From Carcharhinus longimanus (taxonomy: Eukaryota): a stretch of 64,000 nucleotides of DNA. Shown here in pieces: positions 1 through 13,498 of this stretch. The stretch is taken from positions 76,732,760-76,796,759 of the forward strand of contig JASCQW010000061.1 of the NCBI GenBank assembly GCA_030264375.1, given 5' to 3'. The stretch's first letter is position 1. Each line of letters starts with the position of its first letter. The notes under the pieces were generated by a model, which saw nothing but the letters and a program-made list of their open reading frames with translations, made no database searches and was not told the origin of the DNA. Made by a program: the position numbers and the translations under genes.

Positions 1-1377
1 GCAAACATGGTTGTCATGGATTACACTTATGACTACCAGCCACCACATACTACAGTGCAACACATCACCTATCCTCCATTCTTACTGTATTTTAATTAGC
101 TGATTTCTTGATTACATTTTAATTAGTGCCTCTAGCCTTGCCTGTTCTTTTATCATTTCAATTAATGTTAATATCTACCCTGATTATTTACCCAAATTGT
201 GCAATGTGTTACGATGATCTGGAACCACTGTCTGAAATAGCGGTGCAAACAGATTCAGTAGTAACTTTGAAAAGGGAATTTGAGATTTACTTAGAAAGGA
301 AATATTTACAAGACTGTAGAGAAAATGAGAGTATTTGGATAGCTCTTTCACTTTCCTGTCACAAGCAAAATGGGCTGAAGATTCCTCAGTCTGGTATAAT
401 TAAGGTTTTCATTCTTTTTTAGCTTATGGAATAATACAACCATGGCTTTTCAACATTTACATTCACAAACAATTTTTATTTCACTCAAAATATAAAGAAA
501 AAATTTAACATGAAAGCAAGAGCTGACCAATGCCACATAAAATATATTGTCACTTCTATTATACCACTATAGTCAATCATCCACTCTAAGACAACCCCAC
601 CCCCCGATGAAAAATGTTAATAGTAGAGAATATTGCATTTTAAATGTTTATAGAATAATCGGCACCCTGGTGAAAGACAAATGAGCCCAATTGATGCATG
701 TTGAATTTCTGGTTCTTGTATGTAGTCTTGAACTGTGACTTTGAAACCTTTGCTTTTGAGTGCTACAAAAGGGTTTCAGATTGAATAGCACGGGTAGTTT
801 CTCTCCTTTCCCTTGATGAACTAGTATACCATCATAGTATTTTATTTAGATTAGTTCAGCATAGAGATAAATTTCTGCACACATTTTCGTTTTCTTATTT
901 TCTTCTTGATATGTTTTGCAACAGCCAATCTATTTGCCAGGTCAATGGATGCAAGAAAACTGATTTCTCTGTTTCAATTAGATGAGTTCCACTGCATGCA
1001 TAGAAAAACTTATTAAATGGTCCCTGATCAGGGTTAGGATCAGGAAAATAGCCTCACTGTATCTTGTTTTCTATAAAAACTAAGTTGTTTTCAGCATAAT
1101 AAAGACTTTAAAAACATTTTTCTCTTTCTAGGCATAGTCCTATTTCCCAAGTTCTATGCAGTCTCTTCCTCTTCGTTGCTTTTTCAGAAGTTCAAAACAT
1201 TCATCAAGGCAACTCCATCTGAAATCCTCGTACAATCATTCAAATTAAACTTCACCACTGCAAGCTGATCTCCTAAAGACCACTAAAAGAATGATTTTAA
1301 AATATGTGCATTCTCAGCATGGAGCTTGTCCACCAAGAGTGTATGATCTGTAAAGTGTGGGCACAAGCCATTGATTT

Positions 1378-1445
1378 TCAAAGAACAAAGAACAATACAG
1401 CACAGCAACAGGCCCTTCGGCCCTCCAAGCCTGCGCCGCTCATGA
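1378..1445 (-). mobile_element. CR1-like LINE 3' tail fragment
   Basis: aagaacaaagaacaatacagcacagcaacaggcccttcggccctccaagcctg, the same tail as the element starting near 33008. Confidence 0.65.
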
Positions 1446-1864
1446 GCCCAACTATTTTCCATCCACTAAAATTTGTTCTGGGCTTCTGCAAATAATAATA
1501 TCTAAACTGACTTTGGTTGACTCTGGCTGAGAAAATTTGACAGTGGCTCTTCAATACTTGTGTTTAGAGACCAATGAAATAACCTCAAAAATAGACCAAC
1601 CATTATATTAGGGGGGCAGCTTATGACTGTGAAGCTGGGAGTCTCAATGGATTTGGGGAAAGGTCACCTATGCAATGTCTACAGTGGATCCTTGAATATT
1701 AAATCTTTCTCTGGATCATATTTAGATACCTTAAAAACAGGAAAAATACATTTTTGATAACTTGTGCAAATAACTGACAATAAGAATATTGTAGCCCAGA
1801 ATGTCTGATCTCCAGGTGGTCATACCCAGGCCTTGGCCCCTCTCCCAAGGGATGAGCTGGTAGA

Positions 1865-2140
1865 TAGTGGCACAGTGATTAGCACTGTAGCCTCACAGCA
1901 CTTAGGACCTGGGTTCAAATCCCAGCTTGGGTCACTGCCTGTGCAGATTCTGCATATTCTCCGTGTCTGCATGGATTTCCTCTGGCTGTTCCGGTTTCCT
2001 CCCACAATCCAAAAGATATGGTTAGATGCATTGGCCACGCTAAATTCTCCATCAGTGTACCTGCACAGGTGTTGGAGTATGACGACTAGGGGATTTTCAC
2101 AGTAACTTCATTGCAGTAACTTGTGACACTAATAAATAAA
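1865..2140 (+). mobile_element. tRNA-derived V-SINE-like element, tail type B
   Basis: A-box/B-box head (ggcacagtgattagc...gggttcaaatccc), a V-domain-like core, and tail gactaggggattttcacagtaacttcattgcag...taataaataaa. Confidence 0.8.
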
Positions 2141-3257
2141 GCAAAAGTCACGACATATGCAGAAATTGCATGGGAAGTTTAGACTTCCAATGGATAACTC
2201 CCCTGCATTTTGAACCCTCCAAAATTCTAAGTTAGAATTAGAGATTTCAGATGTTTCTAACCCACTTACAGAATAGTTGCCCAGGAAAAAAAATTAAAAC
2301 CAATTCTAACTGCTGAGTAACTATACGATTGAGCCTGCAACTAACAGCCACTCCAACAACTTCCCTTTACCTCCACACCCACTTAGCTGCCACCATACCC
2401 CCTCATTTTACACATTTACCTTCTCCACATAGCTTCTCAAAGTGGCTTTGGACCTTTAAACTCTCTACATACTGAATACAGAATTGTGCTGTAAAAAGGG
2501 GGCATGGCTTAGCTCTCCTCAACGATATTGCACCTTGGGTGTGCTACACATTTCTGAAGAGGCCCAATTTACAAGTCCAGGCCAGAAATGTACGTTCCAC
2601 CTTAGGGGAAGAAAAAAAAATCAGATTATGGCTGACAGTAATTGCCACTCCTTGGAAGATTTGACCAAGATTTTACTTATTGTGGAGAGGAACATCACAA
2701 GGGCAGCGGATTTGAGCTCTCCTAAAATGAGGCAGAGCACTGCAACCACTGACCTCAGTGCTTAGAAAAGACAATATTTAGTACTTACTTAGCAACACTC
2801 ATTATTCAACACCCACCTGGAAGCCCAAAACCCAAAAAGCCAGTTTCTCATTTGTCAGATGTGGTATTAGGGTGTGCAAGACTGAAAAAGATAATGTGTG
2901 GGACTGGAGAAACAGTACCACCCACGTGATGATCCAAGAGTCCAAAAGGAGAAAGCACATGGCTTAAGACTGAATAACACCTGTAGTCTCACATATCTCT
3001 AAACAGTTATGTCCATAAAATGAACCAGTTACTGTTCAGACATTTCAATGACACTGCAACTGTTCTTTGCCAGCCATAAGTCAACATATATCATGAAACT
3101 CGTATGATGTAGCATCAGCATTTCACGTTCTTGTATTATCTACTGTTTATCATGATCAACTATTTCTACATAACCCATACGACCCTCTATCTACAAATTT
3201 GATATCGTGTGAAGTAAGTAGTCTATAATCTCATTCTTCTTCAATGCAATGGTCCTA

Positions 3258-3601
3258 GAATAATAGGAACCCTACAGTGCAGAAGGAGGCCATTCGGTCC
3301 ATCAAGTCTGCACCAACAACAATCCTACCCGGTCCCTATGCCCATANNNNNNNNNNNNNNNNNNNNNNNNNNNNNNNNNNNNNNNNNNNNNNNNNNNNNN
3401 NNNNNNNNNNNNNNNNNNNNNNNNNNNNNNNNNNNNNNNNNNNNNNCCAACATCCACATCTTTGGATTGTGGGAGGAAACCCATACAGACACGGGGAGAA
3501 TGTGCAAACTCCACACAGACAGTAACTCAAGCCAGAAATTGAACCCAGGTTCCTGGAGCTATGAGACATCAGTGCTAACCAAGGAACCACTGTGCAGCCC
3601 C
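3258..3601 (-). mobile_element. HE1-like V-SINE spanning an assembly gap
   Basis: CR1-like tail left of the N-run, and V-domain plus tRNA head right of it, in the same orientation. Confidence 0.8.
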
Positions 3602-4774
3602 TGAACGGAACCCTCGGACAGGCCTCACAGGCAAATGCTGCCGCTGCTTTTTTTTTTTAAAAGCTAGTTATTTATGGTATGTGGACAGTGCTGTTTAGAC
3701 CAGTGATTCTCAACTGTGCCTAACAGCCCCCAAGTGTGCTGAGCAAAAAGATTCCAAATTATTTAAAATTTGCATAAATAAACTAAAACTAACCATCGTC
3801 TTCAGCATTGTGGTTGGCATCTCCAAGACCTGACAAATCTTGGGTCACTTGGGCATGCGCCGGCTGGGAAAGAGGTCTTGGGTTCTATGAAATTGCTGAT
3901 CAATTCCTAGTAGTCTCCCACTTCCGCACTGATAAAACCTGCTACTGGGTTCAGGTGCCTTTTGAGCTCTAAAATCTTTGTAACCCTGTTCTGACTCTCC
4001 TTTTCAGTTTTATCCATCTCATTAAAGTTTAATTTCTGTTCCTACCATTAAAAGGATGCAGCAAACATTTATATAGTGCCTTTAACACGGTAATAATATT
4101 TGACGCTATCACATAAGGAAACACTAGAACACATGCTCCACAGCTTGTGTCAAAAAAGTACATTTTAAAGAGCATCTTAAAAAGAGAAGTAACGGGAAAC
4201 AGATTGTTTATGGCCCACAAAGCTGAAACTAAGATCATAACGATGGAGTGATGAAAACTGGGAATGCACAATAGACCAGAACTGGAAAATGTTGAGAAAT
4301 TGGGAGGGACATATAGCTCAAGAAGATTACAGAAGAGAGGGATCTGACTGCAAGTATGAGAATTTTAAATTTTAGGCCTTGTCCAGCTGGGATTCAATAC
4401 GGGCACTTTTATGGGAGGATGGGTAAATGGGGCTTGATGGGTGTAGGTACAAGAAGCAGACATTTCAATGAGCTCAGGTTTACAAAGGGTGCAAGGTAAC
4501 CATGTGAACACAGGAATGCTCTGCGCACAAATCCAATTCTGCACATGATGCTATGCAAATAGCTCATCCAAAGTTGGGTCTTGAGCCTTAGTTAAATGAG
4601 ACTGGGAGGTTGCACACTATCCCTATACGTCTCAGGTACCTATGGAAGCAGATGCAAACTTTTGGTCACTGCTGGCTGTGACCTATGGTTGGGTCCTGAG
4701 AAAGTTGAAGGTGAGTATTTCCAAATATTATAATAGAAAATTCAATAAGTTAACAAATTAAGACACAGCAGATT

Positions 4775-6021
4775 GTTGGTGCCTTTACCACTTTTATTTC
4801 ACCATGAAGAAACATACATTCAACATTTATTACATTGCAGCAAAAAATTTAATGAAAGTATTGTACCCTACAGTTAGCTGTGTGGTCTTCTGTAAATCAT
4901 AAATGCTTCACGATTTGAAAGCTTTCAATGGAGTTTGCGATTATTTTCTGTTTAGTTTAAGGCTTTGCTCTGAATCTGGAGTCTACGCAGAGTGTTTACA
5001 AAGAATCAATGCTGTCATAGTCAATGTNNNNNNNNNNNNNNNCACAGGTAGTAAACAGAGAAAGTCCTTCTAGAGCAGACACATTCACTTGCAACATAAA
5101 CCGAGCAAAACAGACTCGGTTTAAAAAGGAATACTGACATCTCCTCTAAGGGAAGTCAACATCTACAACTACTGATGGATTACTCTACCTGGCCTTTTGG
5201 TTCTAACTTAAAAAGAATGTGCTCATCTAACAAAACCAAATCATTCAAGTAAAATATATATTTTTATATATATATATACTTCTTTAAAAAAATGTTAGGT
5301 GACATCAAATTATGCTGACAAAGCACAAGATGCAGCAAAACAAGTTGTTCTAATCTGTGTAAGGTTATTCATGTTTTCACAGGCATTACCATTGTATATC
5401 AAGGTTTCCAGTTATAAGCTTCAAGTTGCTTAGTATGATAATAGATATGGACTTGCACTGCCATTGGCACATCTACTGTAAGGTATGACATAATCCCTCA
5501 ATACAATTAACACTTTTCACCAGCTTTGGGGTGAAAGTTATTTGCTTATAAATGAAACCAAGTACAATTAAAATGACTTACTGCCAACTTATTTATCTTA
5601 ATATCAGCTATAGTAATTTTTTTAAACTGTCAGAGGATTTTCCTGTTTCTTTTAAAACATTAATGTTTCAATGTATCTTTTGCTGTTTAAAACTGCTGAT
5701 AAAATGATAACTTAAGAGATGTGAACGCCTTACTATATACGGATTTGGAAAACGCTTTTCTCATTATTTCTTTTTTGTGACAAAGGTTTATTCTAATCAT
5801 GCATTATTCATCTGCCATTTGGATATGCTGGAATGAGGTTTTTGCCAATGTTCTTATTTAGTGAGAGGGTCCTTGTACAACGTGCTCCAGTATGCTTGGT
5901 GTGAAAGGTCATTAGTGGATGGATTCAGGACAAATGAAGTCATGTATATGACTCCATCTAGACTCCAAAATCATTCCTAATGATGTGTATGCATTACTTC
6001 TTTGTGAAGACGTGGTTACTC
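4775..6021 (-). other. EPB41L3: EPB41L3 non-coding terminal exon (3' UTR)
   Basis: Strong acceptor tttcattttccttcccag|GAGTAACC at 6021. Repeat-free AT-rich sequence ending in clustered polyA signals. The 3' end is approximate. Confidence 0.75.
4793..4853 (-). terminator. Polyadenylation signal cluster
   Basis: Minus-strand ATTAAA (4848-4853), AATAAA (4826-4831, overlapping TGTA) and AATAAA (4793-4798), with GT/T-rich sequence downstream. Confidence 0.7.
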
Positions 6022-8813
6022 CTGGGAAGGAAAATGAAACAAGCAGCCCATTAATAAAACAAGTTAACTAGAGTTATCAATGACTTTGTAGACAAGTATA
6101 AAACTGAACAGATTATGCAATATTTGCTTTCAATATTAACAAATTACCTAATGTTAAAAATTGACAGCTTTTAAAAATGACAAATATATTGCAAATCCTA
6201 TGTTTACAGTTTGATATAATAGAGATATGCAAAAACAAAACTAGAACCCAGCGAGCGGCAGAGGCGTCTCATTTAAAAGAGAAATAGAAAATGCAAACTT
6301 CCGAAAAAGTTTATAACAGCAAAATGCAGTGTTGTTATTAGGCAGCCATATAAATCAAAAGAAAACTTTTCAAAAACAAGCAAGAAATTGCAATTTACTT
6401 TTAAAATGATGTTCAAAGCTATATCTACTTATGCAATGATAGCATTTTGCATTATTGGATTATAATGAACCAATCTAACGTGCTGTTGCTGCATGATGTG
6501 TTTTTAGGTGAGCCAATAGTTTCTCCTTCAGTGCGTTGGATGATTCATGGGATTTTAAAAATATTGACATTTTCTCTCTAAAATCTGGACAGATGGTTTG
6601 TTTTTCAGCAAAGTGCTTTTCATTGACCTGTAATTTGCTGGAACAGCGCCTTTACTCGTGAACATTATTATTAGTTCGACCAGCTGGAGAATTGGGTTAC
6701 ACTGTAACCCAATCCCTCCAGAGATGAATTTCTAGCTCCTTTTTTCTTTTTCCAGTTATTTGCTGGGATAGTACGCTCAGCATCATTTAGACTGTTGTTT
6801 GTCCTGATCCTCCAGTGGCTAATTTATTTTTCTGGAGAACTCATTAGAATACGTCCCAATGGTGATTCAAATTCTAAAGCTTACAGTCACTGCACTGATC
6901 CCACATACTGACAATATAAAGTCAAGATCGATATGGCAATCCTCCAGCTAGAAAACAATGAAAATTTCCAACTAAAGTGCCGTTATCTTCCTTCATCAGA
7001 ATCATTCTGATTCTGTCTATGTGGAAGAGATGATGGTGGACAGTGTGTTGGGGAAAGCAAAGATAATGAAATTCTATTTAGGGGAAGGTCATGGCAGGCA
7101 GAAAAGTTTGGTTTTGTGCTCTAGGAATCTCTGCCAAATTTTCTGGAAGAATATGCCACATGCTGTAGGTACACCATTATTCTGGCAATGTTCCAACAAA
7201 TTCCAGCCAATATAGATCGGTGTTGAACCATGGGTCAGTTTCAAAATAAGCATTATAAGCTTCATTTTACTAGTTATCTATTGACTTTGAAGAAGAAATA
7301 ATGACGGGATTTTCTGAACAACCACTGCATGTTTTATGTTGGAGGAGGCAGACTGCCATTGGCCAGCAGTGGGATCTTCTGGTTCTGCCATTGAATTCAC
7401 TCCCCTCTGCTGGGAAACCCACCTTTGGTGGCACTGGAAGATCCCACTGGCATAGATGGCTGGAAATTTCCAGCCGAGGACTTTCAATAAGTGAATTTTT
7501 ATAGAGATATTTCATACATTTAAGCTAGGATTAAAAAAAACACTAAGGGAAAATATATCTCAATTTTCACATCTTAAATGTGTTGAGATTTAATTAATGA
7601 TTTCTCACAGCATTTCCCCCTAAATAAATACGGTCAAGACAAATGGGCTTAATACTTTATTAGGTTTTATTCCCAGGTTAAAAAATAAAATGGTTATGGC
7701 ACTAAGATGATATGATTTAGCACGTGCAAAAGCATCGTAGGAAGTCACACCAGTGAAATCATGGAGGGTGGAAATCACAGTTTCTTCAAATAATCAGAAG
7801 CAGGCACACAAATCACTCTTTAACCCATAGTTTGAGATTATACAGTACTTATACGACAATGAACTCCCTAACAAATACTATCTTTAACCTTGTACTGCTC
7901 ATTATCACATTCTTCTCCATCTCAAGTTGGGAGGACATAGCAAGATAGACATGGACAAACTGCAGATTTATTCAGGATAACAATTAAAGCTAATCTGTAA
8001 CTGATCAAGTGCCTTCAAGTTTAACTTGAAGCCAAGCCACCAATACCTTGTGGATCCCTTCCACAGCCTACAAATGGCATTCTGTCTTTTAATCCTTCTG
8101 GGAAATGTTAAACTTCACTCAACTGCTAGGTTTAAATGTCCATTAGGCCTGAGGTTTGAGCTTGGGCTTTAGTTTACTGTTTAACTAAAACTCAAACGTT
8201 GAGGTACAAGTAATGTATTAGTGAACTTGTTCTGCTGCTATGAAACAAAATTGAATTGTACTGGATTAGCATCAAAAAATTTTATTTTCTCTTACATCCT
8301 GTACTCAGTCAGATTTATAACCATTACAATACAAGGTAATAATGTACAAATTAAACCATTAATGGCAGTGATATTGGAAAATGAAGCATTTGAGGAGAAG
8401 GGCCAGTTTGTACTACAATCTATTTCCACACACCCCCTTAACCTAATCTCTTGAAGGGAAGTTCTGTGTAAATAGTTTTTTAGATCCCCAAAGTAATCCA
8501 GTAAATAATAGAGCCAGATCTGGTACTAATGTAGCTAATTAACTGCACTGATACAGATCTGTTCTTCATAGTGGCCAAATTATATTATGTGCATCTTGCA
8601 TTGTAATATTTACAATATTTTAAAGCTGTAACATTATGTATTTAAGCAAACATTATATCCTTTAAGTTGTGTTAATAGAGCATCCCAAAGCATTTGCCTA
8701 TGGGTTATAGAGTTAAAAGCTGCAAATTAAAATCAAAGGTGTGCAGAGAGCACTACGGAATTGCACAGCAGCTTGTAAAGTACCAGGCGGATGCAGTTTG
8801 CTCTTACCTGCTG

Positions 8814-8924
8814 TCAATCATCTCCGTCTTCTGGCGTGATCTCTGTCTCTTTGTGTACCACTACTTTGGTCACAGACATATCAGGGTGCTGCTCTTTGGC
8901 CTCTTTAATTGCCTGAGCCAGGGC
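8814..8924 (-). CDS. EPB41L3: EPB41L3 last coding exon ([36 protein letters not shown]); the exon extends to 8808
   Basis: Acceptor gggttag|, TGA at 8816-8814, then CAGCAG|GTAAGA donor. The C-terminus matches 4.1B (...EITPEDGED). Confidence 0.97.
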   Translation of the reverse strand, partial: ALAQAIKEAKEQHPDMSVTKVVVHKETEITPEDGDD

Positions 8925-9616
8925 CTAACCCAAAGAAAGCCCCCCCGAGGTATAAAAAGAGTAGGTGGGACATGCATGATCAGAAGCAGGATGGATATTT
9001 ATGATGACTTTTTCTCAATTACTTTAATGATGAAAATGATTAAAAGAAAATTTTAAAATTTCTACCAGAAGGAGCAGTATGTCACACATTTATGTGCTCA
9101 ACAAAATATTATAAAGCTGACCACATCTCTTTTGAGGGTGTCGATTTTCTTTTAGTTCTGTACGGAAATGGGGCAGTTTAGCCAATCAGTACCACCAGCT
9201 TCCACGCTCACTATGGCCTCTGTCAGAAATCTCTATCTTGGTAGTTGCTTAAGATCATTGTAGCTGGAGCTGCTCTCAAACCCCATCATCCTCTTTTCCC
9301 CCCTCCCCCTAGAAACCACAGCAAACGTTCATGAATTGATTTTTTTTTTAAAGTGTGAAATTTGAAAGCAATTTATTTATTCTGTTCATGGTTTTACCCA
9401 CAATTTCATTCCATTAATCTACCAGAGGTACCATGTTATGACTTACAGCTCCTTTAACTTGGAATGCAGTTGCTGAATTAAATTACAAAGCATGCTGATT
9501 TTAGTGTCTTTTTGTGAGTAGAGTTTCTGTATACTAAATAGGTCTTTTAAATATATAAGCCATTTTACTCAATAGCCTATTTAGATGCATTGTGACCATG
9601 CTATGTGTTAACCTAC

Positions 9617-9697
9617 CTGATCATGATCAATGTCAGCATCTCCTGTAATAACAATTCGTTTCTCAATGCGTGTTTCTGAAACTCCTCCTTTCACAGT
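9617..9697 (-). CDS. EPB41L3: EPB41L3 C-terminal domain exon (TVKGGVSETRIEKRIVITGDADIDHDQ)
   Basis: Boundaries tttatag| and CAG|GTAGGT. 81 nt. Near-invariant 4.1 CTD sequence. Confidence 0.97.
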
Positions 9698-10015
9698 CTA
9701 TAAACAGAAAGTCCAGTAGTTAGTCACTTCATGTTACTGAAACTTTCAATTACAGCTAACTTATGGGTAAATTTACTGGCAGGATTCGTACAAAGTCATA
9801 GGCTAATCCCTGATTTGTGCTAAACTGGGGTTTCATGATAGGGTTTCCAATATCCTTCCTACAATTGCAGTGTAGAGAAATGCATGCAATAAATTCAGTG
9901 TGGCCTAACCAGTGTCTTGTACATTCAAGATCACTTCCATCAAGGCTACTATGTATAAAATCAGATTAACCTTTTTTAAAAGCTTTTTCTATTGGCAGTT
10001 CTATTTTTCAAATAT

Positions 10016-10210
10016 AGAAAATACTGGAAGTACTCAGCAGGTTTGACAGTATATGTAGAGAGAAACAGAGTTAACTTTTCAGATCAATTAAAAGTCATTG
10101 ACCTGGAAAGATAAGTTGGATTCTGCCTCTAACCCTCTGCCAGGCCAGTTCAGTATTTTCAACATTTTCTGTTTTAATTTCAGATTGTCAGCATTCACAG
10201 TATTTGTTTT
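10016..10210. repeat. Degenerate hairpin (inverted-repeat) element
   Basis: Arm agaaaatactggaagtactcag is roughly complementary to ttcagtattttcaacattttct. A related copy lies at 32311-32435. Confidence 0.55.
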
Positions 10211-13200
10211 TCAGCTTTCCAAAGATCTGTGCGTATGCACAATAAGAACATTCCAGCCTCCACTCTCAAAACGATCTTACCATTTTAGGTTTACATGTTA
10301 CTGTTTCCAAGAGACAAAAGTCACAATTCTCTTCACTGATTTGCCGATCCCCCAGCCTTTTGGCCTTCAGCAATCTTTAATGAGTTTACCATAATTTGAT
10401 TTCAACTAGCTTCAAATCATTCTTCTGGCACCTACAACTAAATATTTGCACAAATTGAAAACAAAAAAAAATCCAGCACAAATTCCTGAAAAGCATCAGC
10501 AAGGAAGATAACATCAAGTGGTTTATAACTTCTTGGCTTATAATTTTCTCCTTCAGGAGTGGAGCATCTAACATTCTCTCAGCACTTGGCCCAATTCTTG
10601 AATCTAAATTTGAAAAGTTAGTGCCTCCACCATTTTCTTCTCAAATCTATTCAGTATTGAGGGACATATCTTCTACTTGTTTAAGTATTTAAATGTGAAT
10701 GCTGCAGACCTCTCAGCAAAGGAGACCATTTTTTTCCCTCCTTTATTTTGGATTTTTGTGTAGCCAGATGGAGTTGCCAGAATTCCCATTCCCTGAACTA
10801 GAATGCTGCTTCTATAATTTGGAGCAATGCTCCCAGTTCACTGGTGCTACAGTAATGAGGACCAACCATCAGGGCTGCCTGGCTCTTACACTAACAACAC
10901 TGGGAAGTTGGTATGATCATACTGTGTGCCTGGCAACTGCAGTGTCTAAAATCTAACCCCTACAATTCCACCACCAGTTTATCAAAGCAGCAAAAATATA
11001 ATTTAAATACATACTGGTCACTGCCAGGGGGTTGGGGAGAGGAGGAGAGGTGTGCATACACACGTCTGAGAGATCAAAAGCAAAGTGAAAGCAAGCCCAA
11101 TGTAGCGGGACAAAAAATTTAGACCTCTGGGTGAGCAGAGCTGATCTGATAGTTTGACACAGACTAACTGCAAGAGATTGATGCGAGGAGTGTTGTCTCA
11201 CTTTAGACAGCCCTTCCCAGACAACCAGACATCATTACCACATTGATTGCTGTGTAAGCTACCTCCAGGGCTTGAGAACAGTTCCAAAAAAATGATGGTA
11301 CATTTTAGAATGCGTACATCTACTGGTCACTTGGCTTGTACTGAGTTTCAGATACGCAACTGAAATAAGCTCCCTGAAGAGAAATGATATTCCATTCTGC
11401 TGCTGTGGCAATCTTATTCATTTCAACAAAGCAGTGACCACAGCTCAAGCTAGTGAGCTCTGCTCAGCAGGAAGAGGTGTGGTGGGGCAGGGGACATGTG
11501 GTAATAGGTTTAATGGGTGACACAGCAAACAGGCTTTTAAGCAACGCAGAATGTATATGAAAGAAGGTAGTCTAGTTGTTGGGTGAGGGCTGCAGGAGCC
11601 ATCAGGCGGCAAAAAGGAGTATGGTTCTGTTTCAGGATTTTAGGACAGGACAGATTATTCTGTTTAAGGAAATAACACAAAAAGTGAGATGGCATTACAC
11701 GTTATTTTATTATGCAAACTTAAGATATATTGATTGAATGAAGTAACTCTGATCACTCTCATTAGTTATTACATTTCACTTTACTGTGAGATAAAGGAAT
11801 TAATGAATTGAACCAAATTATGCCTCATTTAGCATTAATTCATTTCACATAGAGACTAAAGAAATTTTCAAACAGATCTCAAGGGTGTTTTATTGTTACA
11901 CTATTACACTCCTAGGTCCCAGTATGATGTGATTAGATACAGAGCAATGAGTATAAATCTTCTGTCAATATCTTCCCAAGTTTAATGATGTCAATTGCTG
12001 TTTTAAATAGACTGACAATCCATAAAATTAATACTACCAACAAGTTGTATTTACATAACTTTTTTTTTTAAAAACGGTAAGACCTTCCAAGGAAGGTCAT
12101 AGAAACATTATAAAACAAAATTTGACACCAAGCAAATCAACAGGATAATAGGGTGGGCGACCATAAGTTCAATAGAGGTTGTTTTAAGGAACCTTTTAAA
12201 GGAAGAAAGCAAGGGAGTAAAGGAAGTAAGCAGAGGTTTAGGGAAGAAATTCCAGCATCCAGGGCCTTGGCAGTTGAAGGCATGATTGCCAGTGGCGGAA
12301 TGTTTGAAATTGAGGGTGCTTAACAGGTCAGAATTGGAGAAGCACAGGTATTGCAGAAGGTTGTAGGGCTAGAGGAGATAGAAAGTGGCCAGGTGATGGA
12401 GGGACTTAAACAATGATGAGAATTATAAAATCGATGTGTGATCTAACGGGGAGCCAATGTAAGGAGAATGATGATATACTGCTTCAATGAGATGACATAG
12501 TTTTAAGATAATCAAGATTAACTACAGAGATATTAATAAGATTCCTTTGCAGAAGATGGTTATAATGTAGAATCATGACCACAAACAGTTGTTGAAGCAA
12601 AATCTGGTAAGGAAAGATTAATTGACAACAGTATGTACTGAATAGCAAGCCCAAAGTTGCTTACTAAAGAAGTATTTACTGTAAACCTGCTCCATATTTA
12701 ATTCTCTCCAATGCCACACTCCCAAGCACATTTACAGCTCCTTCACTGCATTTCATTGATACGCATCCTCAGTGCACTTCAGCTCTGAATGCAACATAGA
12801 ACTGAAAGCTTTGTGATGGTCAATACCATACCTCAAGCCAATGCAATACTGTCTAGATACAGGTTATTTTACGGAGTACAAATTGGTATGCAGATTACTG
12901 ACATCTATATTCCTCCAAATTCCAGCATCTCAGTGCTGCAGTTAGGGCTGTGCAAGATGTCAGAATCACAACCTTCAGAAGCTCTGTCCTCAAAGCAGAG
13001 ATACCCAAGACACATCTAATCAAACACCATAAAGCAGATGTGTAGACTGCATATATGAGTGAAGGAAGATCTTTGCTCGTCTCAGGTGCAGGTAGATCTT
13101 GCTTTGATCATTATTACAATGCAACCTTTAAATCCCCTGACAACTTTGGTAGAATTCATAGACGGTTTGTATTGCAACATTTTAGAGTATTTTAAGAACA

Positions 13201-13399
13201 TGAAATGTAACAAGGAGGAAAAATAAGCAAAGACAAAGTGAAAAGGAAATCCAAAGGATCATCAGCAATTCAATGGGAATGAAAATCAAACATTTTTCTA
13301 TTGTATAGTTTGGCTACAAGATTAGTTTTATGTCCAGATAGCAAGTTCAAAATCTATCCTAAAGTAAGTACTCCATTTCTGGAATGAAAATGGAATTAC

Positions 13400-13498
13400 C
13401 TTGGTGATGTGTGTAGTGGTTGTGGTACTTGAAGTTTCTGAGGTGATCGTCTGAGCACTCATTAGAACCCCTGGGTCACTGTCAGCACTCGAATCCAA
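13400..13498 (-). CDS. EPB41L3: EPB41L3 C-terminal domain exon (LDSSADSDPGVLMSAQTITSETSSTTTTTHITK)
   Basis: Boundaries ttttgtcag| and AAG|GTAATT. 99 nt. 4.1 CTD motif. Confidence 0.96.

Noticed and set aside
2484-2765. Possible Harbinger Myb/SANT-like remnant (also near 47500-47700)
   Set aside because: The resemblance is too faint to support without a profile search.
1-4770. A neighbouring gene downstream of EPB41L3
   Set aside because: No recognisable exon or protein similarity, only repeats and AT-rich sequence.
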